Below the pieces are notes generated by a model. The model searched no databases. It had not been told where the DNA came from and worked only from the letters and a program-made list of their open reading frames with translations. Both the position numbers and the translations under genes were made by a program. 11,352 nucleotides of DNA from Oligoflexia bacterium. Lineage in GTDB: Bacteria; Bdellovibrionota; UBA1018. Of this stretch, positions 7,201 through 11,352 are shown in pieces. How positions within the stretch are numbered: the stretch's first letter is position 1; every line of letters begins with the position of its first letter. The stretch lies in assembly GCA_043732485.1 (NCBI GenBank), contig JAYTHP010000165.1:1-11352 (forward strand), written 5' to 3'.

Positions 7201-7437
7201 CGGCACGATGTCTTTCAAGACTCCCGTCAAGAGGTGACCATAATGCGGCAAGCCGGTGGCAAACGGCGGGCCGTCGTAAAAACTATAGACCCCGCGGGGG
7301 GCCGGTTTTTGCAAGGATTTCTCAAAAATCTGCTCTTGCTTCCAAAAGCGCAAAATCTTCTGCTCCACTTGCGACACTTTAAGCTGGGAGGGAACTGCCG
7401 TAAAACCGTCTGAAGACTGAGTCTGAGAGGGGGTCAT
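4222..7437 (-). CDS. ileS: Isoleucine--tRNA ligase, type 2 (IleRS2, eukaryote/archaea-like clade)
   Basis: 1071 aa. FYDGPPFATGLPHYGH (HIGH motif), RRFGWDCHGLPIE, editing domain WTTTPWTLPSN and GTGIVHLAPAFGEED, WAISRNRFWGTPLP, EGLDQTRGWFY, GKKMSKSLKNYPDP (KMSKS). C-terminal EGVAREIIRKVQAARK..L...DRI domain and no C-terminal CxxC zinc finger, which is typical of IleRS2. Confidence 0.97.
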   Translation of the reverse strand: MTPSQTQSSDGFTAVPSQLKVSQVEQKILRFWKQEQIFEKSLQKPAPRGVYSFYDGPPFATGLPHYGHLLTGVLKDIVPRYWTMKGYRVPRRFGWDCHGLPIEQEINKKFQLSHRKDIFEFGVARYNAECRAIVNRYTAEWKATIERVGRWVDMDRAYYTMDRDFMNSVWWVFKELWNKQLIYQGQKVVPYSVGLSTPLSNFEANLNYKEVQDPSLMVSFPLKDQPDCALVAWTTTPWTLPSNMALAVGPEIAYVVVRVKESKQTFVVGALLVESVFAGSGFTVETVEPIAVERLLGQAYLPVFDSFASESARGAFRVISSDHVTVDAGTGIVHLAPAFGEEDFYACQKHHVPLVNPVDDDGCFTAEVPEFQGQRVRDAEKALIQSLKDRKRLFKQATLQHSYPFCWRTDTPLIYRSVSSWFVAVEKIKDQLVAENLKVRWVPDHLREGRFGKWLENARDWAISRNRFWGTPLPVWANAEGEMICVGSHAELEALAGYKIEDLHGDALQEVYLPSPTGQSRLQRVEGVLDCWFESGAMPVAQWGYPRQNAQAFQEAFPADFIAEGLDQTRGWFYTLMVLGVALFEKAPFKNIVVSGLILAEDGKKMSKSLKNYPDPQLILEQHGADALRLYLIDSPVVKAQELRFSELGVKEMVRKVLLRWWNAYGFFVNYARVDHFHPTQGAENLGSAATLSSSSSSSPNLLDHWILSRLHSLISKTEHEMAHYRLDQVVPGLLQFVEDLTNTYIRFNRTHFWQEGMPLEKQQAYETLFEVLVTFSKVMAPFAPFLAEEMFQNLKCFLPGASQSVHLEDFPQARPGLIRTELEASVAVMESLMMLGRNFREKIGVKAKIPLKKMTLIHRNCELLEGLKRFQAYFQEELNVREIAYDANEDQYIEITAKANFPLLGKRLGKKMKAVAQAIAELTLEPLLELERTQIAVVCGETIRLQEVEIRRQPRAQHPHVACNQVISLELDTEVTPEQEQEGVAREIIRKVQAARKNADLILDDRIVLQLGGGVSLQQAVLVHQARIASETLAAVVKWSGKPSGQFCESVLLDEETLHIGIEVMSRGGQ

Positions 7438-7455
7438 CTTTCCAGCTTACTTGAA

Positions 7456-7536
7456 ATTGCTGACTTTTTATAGCAATAAAGCCAAACCTCTGACGCTCAC
7501 CCCTAGGCCCCCCAGCTTGGCACCGTGAGCGTTTTT
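7456..7536. promoter_or_regulatory. Inverted repeats in the ileS / SulP-CA divergent intergenic region (candidate operator and hairpin)
   Basis: ATTGCT-N10-AGCAAT (7456-7477), 18 nt upstream of the ileS ATG. ACGCTCAC...GTGAGCGT (7493-7500/7525-7532) running into a T tract (7532-7536). Function is inferred only. Confidence 0.3.
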
Positions 7537-7718
7537 CCTGCCACGCGAAGCGCGCGCACTTTTATCATAAGCTCAATTCCTGACCTTTTTAGTTTTTAAA
7601 AAAATCTTAGCGGCGACCGGATTCTAGGCTAGAAAAAAAAAGGTAACCAAGCGACAATTAAAGAAAGCACCCCCTCAGCAACTGAAACGTCCACCCTCCT
7701 GACGCAGACGGAGATCAA

Positions 7719-7746
7719 ACCCAGTGACTTTCACCCAGTGACCTTC
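7719..7746 (+). repeat. 14-bp tandem duplication spanning the SulP-CA start codon
   Basis: ACCCAGTGACTTTC (7719-7732) and ACCCAGTGACCTTC (7733-7746), 13/14 identical. Confidence 0.8.
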
Positions 7747-10056
7747 AAAGGAGACGCTGCCATTTCTTCCTCTAACAAACACTATTCACTCGACCTTGGC
7801 TTCTTCACCTTACTGCAAGAATGGAAGCAGCTTTTTACCTTCAAGGGCCTCAAGCAAGACCTCTTGGCAAGCGTTAGCGTGACGTGCATCTCCATTCCAC
7901 TTTCGCTTGCCATTGCGCTCGCAAGTGGCGTCTCAGCCACCCACGGTTTGATTGGTGCCACCCTCGGATCGCTGCTTTGCGCACTCTTGGGAGGCACACC
8001 TCTTGCCGTGAGTGGACCGACTGCGGCCATGACCGTCTTGATTGCCTCCATTATGCAAAACTTTGGGCTAGCGGGGGTCGTTTTTACCACGATGGTCTGT
8101 GGGCTGTTACAAATCTTAACTGGCTTTTTTAAGTTGGGAAAATTCATTCGCTATATCCCTTTGCCAGTCATTGCTGGCTTTAAAGCCGGCATTGGGGTGC
8201 TGATTGTAATTAGTCAATTACCCAAAGCCCTTGGCCTACCCCCTCCCGCCCATTCAGAAGCCCTTGCAGTGCTTACCCACCTTTATCGGCTGATGGATCA
8301 AGCCCAAATCAACACTATCAGCTTAGCCGGACTCACGCTGATCCTGACTTTTGTGTTACCAAAACGCTTCCCAAAACTGCCAGCCGCTCTGCTTGCGGTC
8401 TTTTCAGTCACCGTGATTGCGCAGTTAGGTCATATTTTTCTAGGACTGTCGGTTCCTGTGCTCGGCAGCATCCGCATCCAGCAGCTTGAGGGAGCCCACT
8501 TACAAGACTTTTTCCTGCCCGCTCTCCTGGGTGGCAATCTCGGCCAGACCCTGTCGCTCTTGAGTGCCGCGGGGATGGTGTTTGGACTCGCCTCGCTTGA
8601 AACCCTGCTGACTGCTATCTCCGTGGATAAGCTTGCCAGCAATCAGCGCCACGATCCCGACCAAGAACTGATCGGCCAGGGTTTTGGCAACTTGGCCTCA
8701 GGCTTTTTTGGCGGTATGCCCATCACGGGCGCCATTGCCCGCTCGGCCCTCAACATTCAAGCAGGCGCAAAAACTCGCCGGGCTGCTATTTTTCAGGCTA
8801 TTTTCTTCGCTTTCGCCGTCTTCACCCTAGGCGCTTGGATTGAGCAGATTCCGATTGCCGTGCTTGCAGGCGTCGTGCTCTCAGTGGGCCTCAGGATGCT
8901 TGACCCTCGCGAGTTGCTGCAACTCTGGAGTTCTTCCCGCTTTGAAGCGTTGATCTATTTGACGACTTTTGTGGTCATTCTCTTTGTCGACTTGCTCTCA
9001 GGCATTAGGGCAGGGCTGCTCGCAGCCCTGCTGATTTCATCCCTGCGTTTTGGGCAAATTCGCTCGAACTTAAAAGTAGAAACCTCTGCCGGCCCCACCG
9101 TCATGGAAATTGAGGGACCCCTCACGTTCCTCAATTTTACGCAACTCGACTCGATCAGCGCCACCTTGCAGGCTCTCCCACTAGCGCATGGACTCATTTT
9201 AGACCTCGCACGCGTCGAATCGATGGACGCTTCGGGAGCGACCCGCCTGTTAGAGCTTCTCGAGCAAATGACCCAGAAAAAGATAAAAATTATTTTTCGC
9301 GGCGTCTCTTTACCCAATCGCAAGATTCTCTTTTCCCAAGACCATAAAAACCTCTTTAAAGAACATATCGCTTTAACCGAACTCGACCTGACGAATGCTT
9401 TAGGAGCCGAAGCGGCAGTGTATGGTGGTAACCGACTGGCGTTCGGCGTGGAACGCTTCCAAAAGGAGTTTCGCTCAGGCTACGAAGGACTTTTTAAGAA
9501 ATTAGCCGATCAGCAAAACCCACACACCCTGTTCATCACCTGCTCGGACAGCCGGATTAACCCCAATTTAATCACCGCCACCAACCCAGGGGATATCTTT
9601 ATTGTCCGCAACGTCGGCAACCTGATTCCGCCGTTTGGCATGGATGGCACACCTGCCGAAGGGGCTGCCATTGAGTTTTCGCTCGGGGTTTTAGGGGTGC
9701 AACAGATCGTGGTGTGTGGTCACTCAGGCTGTGGCGCAATGAAAGCCATCTTGTCGGATGATTTCTTCTCACCCGCTAAGCGAAGCCAGTTTCCCAGTCT
9801 CACGCTCTGGCTAGAAATTGCGCGTGACTTAAAAAACCACCTCCCCGCTCAGGCCACTCCCGAAGAGGCGGCAGAACTGAATGCTGTCTTACAGCTAGAA
9901 AACCTCAAAACCTACCCGATCATTCAAGAACGCCTCGCCAGCGGAAAACTAAGGATTGACGCCTGGTACTATAATATTGGAGAATCGGAACTGCTTCAAT
10001 GGGACGAAACGAAGAAGCTTTTTTCCCAAGTGACGACCAGTCAGCCGAACTCTTAA
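7738..10056 (+). CDS. Bifunctional SulP/SLC26 anion (probably bicarbonate) transporter - STAS - beta-class carbonic anhydrase fusion; start uncertain (GTG 7738 or ATT 7762)
   Basis: SulP motifs DLLAS...IPLSLAIALASG, VSGPTAAM, QELIGQGFGNLASGFFGGMPITGAIARSALNIQAGAKTR. STAS segment EIEGPLTF...LILDLARVESMDASG. Beta-CA zinc ligands in FITCSDSRI, PGDIFIVRNVGN and VVCGHSGCGAM. TAA at 10054-10056. Confidence 0.95.
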   Translation: MTFKGDAAISSSNKHYSLDLGFFTLLQEWKQLFTFKGLKQDLLASVSVTCISIPLSLAIALASGVSATHGLIGATLGSLLCALLGGTPLAVSGPTAAMTVLIASIMQNFGLAGVVFTTMVCGLLQILTGFFKLGKFIRYIPLPVIAGFKAGIGVLIVISQLPKALGLPPPAHSEALAVLTHLYRLMDQAQINTISLAGLTLILTFVLPKRFPKLPAALLAVFSVTVIAQLGHIFLGLSVPVLGSIRIQQLEGAHLQDFFLPALLGGNLGQTLSLLSAAGMVFGLASLETLLTAISVDKLASNQRHDPDQELIGQGFGNLASGFFGGMPITGAIARSALNIQAGAKTRRAAIFQAIFFAFAVFTLGAWIEQIPIAVLAGVVLSVGLRMLDPRELLQLWSSSRFEALIYLTTFVVILFVDLLSGIRAGLLAALLISSLRFGQIRSNLKVETSAGPTVMEIEGPLTFLNFTQLDSISATLQALPLAHGLILDLARVESMDASGATRLLELLEQMTQKKIKIIFRGVSLPNRKILFSQDHKNLFKEHIALTELDLTNALGAEAAVYGGNRLAFGVERFQKEFRSGYEGLFKKLADQQNPHTLFITCSDSRINPNLITATNPGDIFIVRNVGNLIPPFGMDGTPAEGAAIEFSLGVLGVQQIVVCGHSGCGAMKAILSDDFFSPAKRSQFPSLTLWLEIARDLKNHLPAQATPEEAAELNAVLQLENLKTYPIIQERLASGKLRIDAWYYNIGESELLQWDETKKLFSQVTTSQPNS

Positions 10057-10142
10057 TCTTTTGCTTAACCCTGTGCAGGTGGCAATACTCGCTTGACCTT
10101 TTCCCCCCTGCCGACCAAACTCTAAAGAAACCACAAACAGCT

Positions 10143-11030
10143 ATGCCCGACTTCTCACCAACCCCCCTGCCCATCACCCCAACTGCCGGCCAAACTCTCC
10201 CGTCCTTTCAAGGCCACTGCGCACTGATTACCGGCGCTTCAAGTGGCATTGGCGCAGCCTTTGCTCAAGCGCTTGCCGCCCAAGGCGCCCACCTCATTTT
10301 AGTGGCCAGACGCGAAGACCGCCTGCAAGAGCAGGTCGCCACCTTCAAGCGCAAGTATCCGCAGCAGTCTTTTTTCGCTTTAGCGATTGACTTAAGTAAA
10401 CCTGACGCCTCAGCCCAAATTTTTGCAACCATCACCGAGCAACTGCAAACACCGCCCGTCACGGTCTTGATCAATAACGCCGGGATTGGCAAATACGGCC
10501 CCTTCCAGGAGTTCTCGTTGCGAGAGCACCTAGAGACCTTGCAAGTCAACGTGGTGGCTCCCACCGAACTAAGCTACGGCTTTCTCACGCACCAGCGCGG
10601 CCATCAAAAACCCAGTTACCTCGTCCAGATCGCCTCCATCTCGGCCTATCAGCCGGTGGGCTATTTTACGGTCTATTCTGCCACCAAGGGTTACCTGCGG
10701 TCATTTTCTGAGACCCTGAACTTTGAATTGAAAAACACCAACGTCTCGTGCACCTGTATTTGCCCAGGAGGCACGAAAACCGAATTTTTCAAGCACTCTG
10801 GACAAACCATCACCCCGAGCGGGGCTTTTACCCTGATGAGTGCCCAAGCAGTGGCCGAGCAGTCTTTAAAAGCCGTCTTAAAACGAAAAGCCGTTTTTAT
10901 CCCAGGATGGATCAATCAATTGGCTTGTTTCCTCCCCCGCTTTTTGCCCAGTGGCTTAGCCTTAAAACTAGCCTTCTTGGCCATGAATCGTGCGGTAACC
11001 CGGGTGAAAAACCTCCCCACCCACCCCTAG
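10143..11030 (+). CDS. Classical short-chain dehydrogenase/reductase (SDR), probably NADP(H)-dependent; substrate unknown
   Basis: ALITGASSGIG (TGxxxGxG), LVARR (basic residues suggesting NADP preference), LINNAGIG, catalytic Ser in IASIS, YSATK (YxxxK) and CPGGTKTEF. ATG 10143 is preferred because the track's 9999 start overlaps the upstream gene by 58 nt and adds non-homologous sequence. Confidence 0.92.
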   Translation: MPDFSPTPLPITPTAGQTLPSFQGHCALITGASSGIGAAFAQALAAQGAHLILVARREDRLQEQVATFKRKYPQQSFFALAIDLSKPDASAQIFATITEQLQTPPVTVLINNAGIGKYGPFQEFSLREHLETLQVNVVAPTELSYGFLTHQRGHQKPSYLVQIASISAYQPVGYFTVYSATKGYLRSFSETLNFELKNTNVSCTCICPGGTKTEFFKHSGQTITPSGAFTLMSAQAVAEQSLKAVLKRKAVFIPGWINQLACFLPRFLPSGLALKLAFLAMNRAVTRVKNLPTHP

Positions 11031-11101
11031 GAGCGACAAGCCAACCCCCCCCTCCTTTAGTTTGCTTACTTCTACTTTTCTTTCTTCACCTCACTCTCAC
11101 A

Positions 11102-11119
11102 CTCGCTCGCTCGCTCGCT
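11102..11119 (+). repeat. (CTCG)4.5 tetranucleotide repeat in a pyrimidine-rich intergenic stretch
   Basis: CTCGCTCGCTCGCTCGCT at 11102-11119. Confidence 0.6.
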
Positions 11120-11352
11120 TAAAGGAAAATACAACTTCAAAAGAAAAGCAAACAAGCGACCTGCCGATCGCCACCCCGCCCCCTCCCCCCCAGGGGCTCA
11201 TGATTGAAGAAAACTCACTCAAAAGAGTGCCACTGCAAGCAAGAGAAGCGTGCGAGAAAAAAAAGTATGCTTGAAAGAATGACCTTGCCCCAACTTGTGA
11301 AACCTCGCGCTTAGCCATTCACTCATGCAACCACTCACCGACTCCACCCCCT

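Noticed and set aside
6544..7413. 289-aa + strand ORF (and other short ORFs inside trmO, ileS, SulP-CA and SDR)
   Set aside because: It lies fully antisense to the conserved ileS catalytic domain with no protein motifs. Long antisense frames are a common by-product of codon bias.
7438..7737. T-box riboswitch upstream of ileS
   Set aside because: No GGTGGNACCGCG T-box sequence or specifier stem is recognisable on the minus strand.
11062..11352. ORFs 11062..11274 (+), 11097..11318 (-) and a possible new gene starting at ATG 11325 (MQPLTDSTP...)
   Set aside because: The first two are low-complexity and featureless. The last has only 9 codons in the window, which is too little to call.

Overview
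Bacterial genomic window (genetic code 11), mostly housekeeping and metabolic genes plus one ~2 kb decayed accessory patch that the ORF track misses. In order: (1) an Acyl_transf_3/OafA-like membrane O-acyltransferase on the minus strand that runs off the window edge, with an in-frame G9 tract; (2) an accessory patch (~1100-3000) holding a pseudogenised HTH addiction-module antitoxin with no visible toxin, a cluster of phased GATGAG direct and inverted repeats, and a heavily degraded DDE/integrase-core transposase; (3) a minus-strand operon of overlapping genes: ileS (type 2 IleRS), trmO/tsaA and a small unknown membrane protein; (4) divergently transcribed, a SulP-STAS-beta-carbonic anhydrase fusion with an odd start region, followed by a classical SDR oxidoreductase. 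I found no intact novel system that can be proven from sequence alone. The best leads are the repeat array next to the transposase remnant, a possible bicarbonate/t6A/IleRS functional link, a possible non-canonical start for the SulP-CA fusion, and possible phase variation of the acyltransferase.
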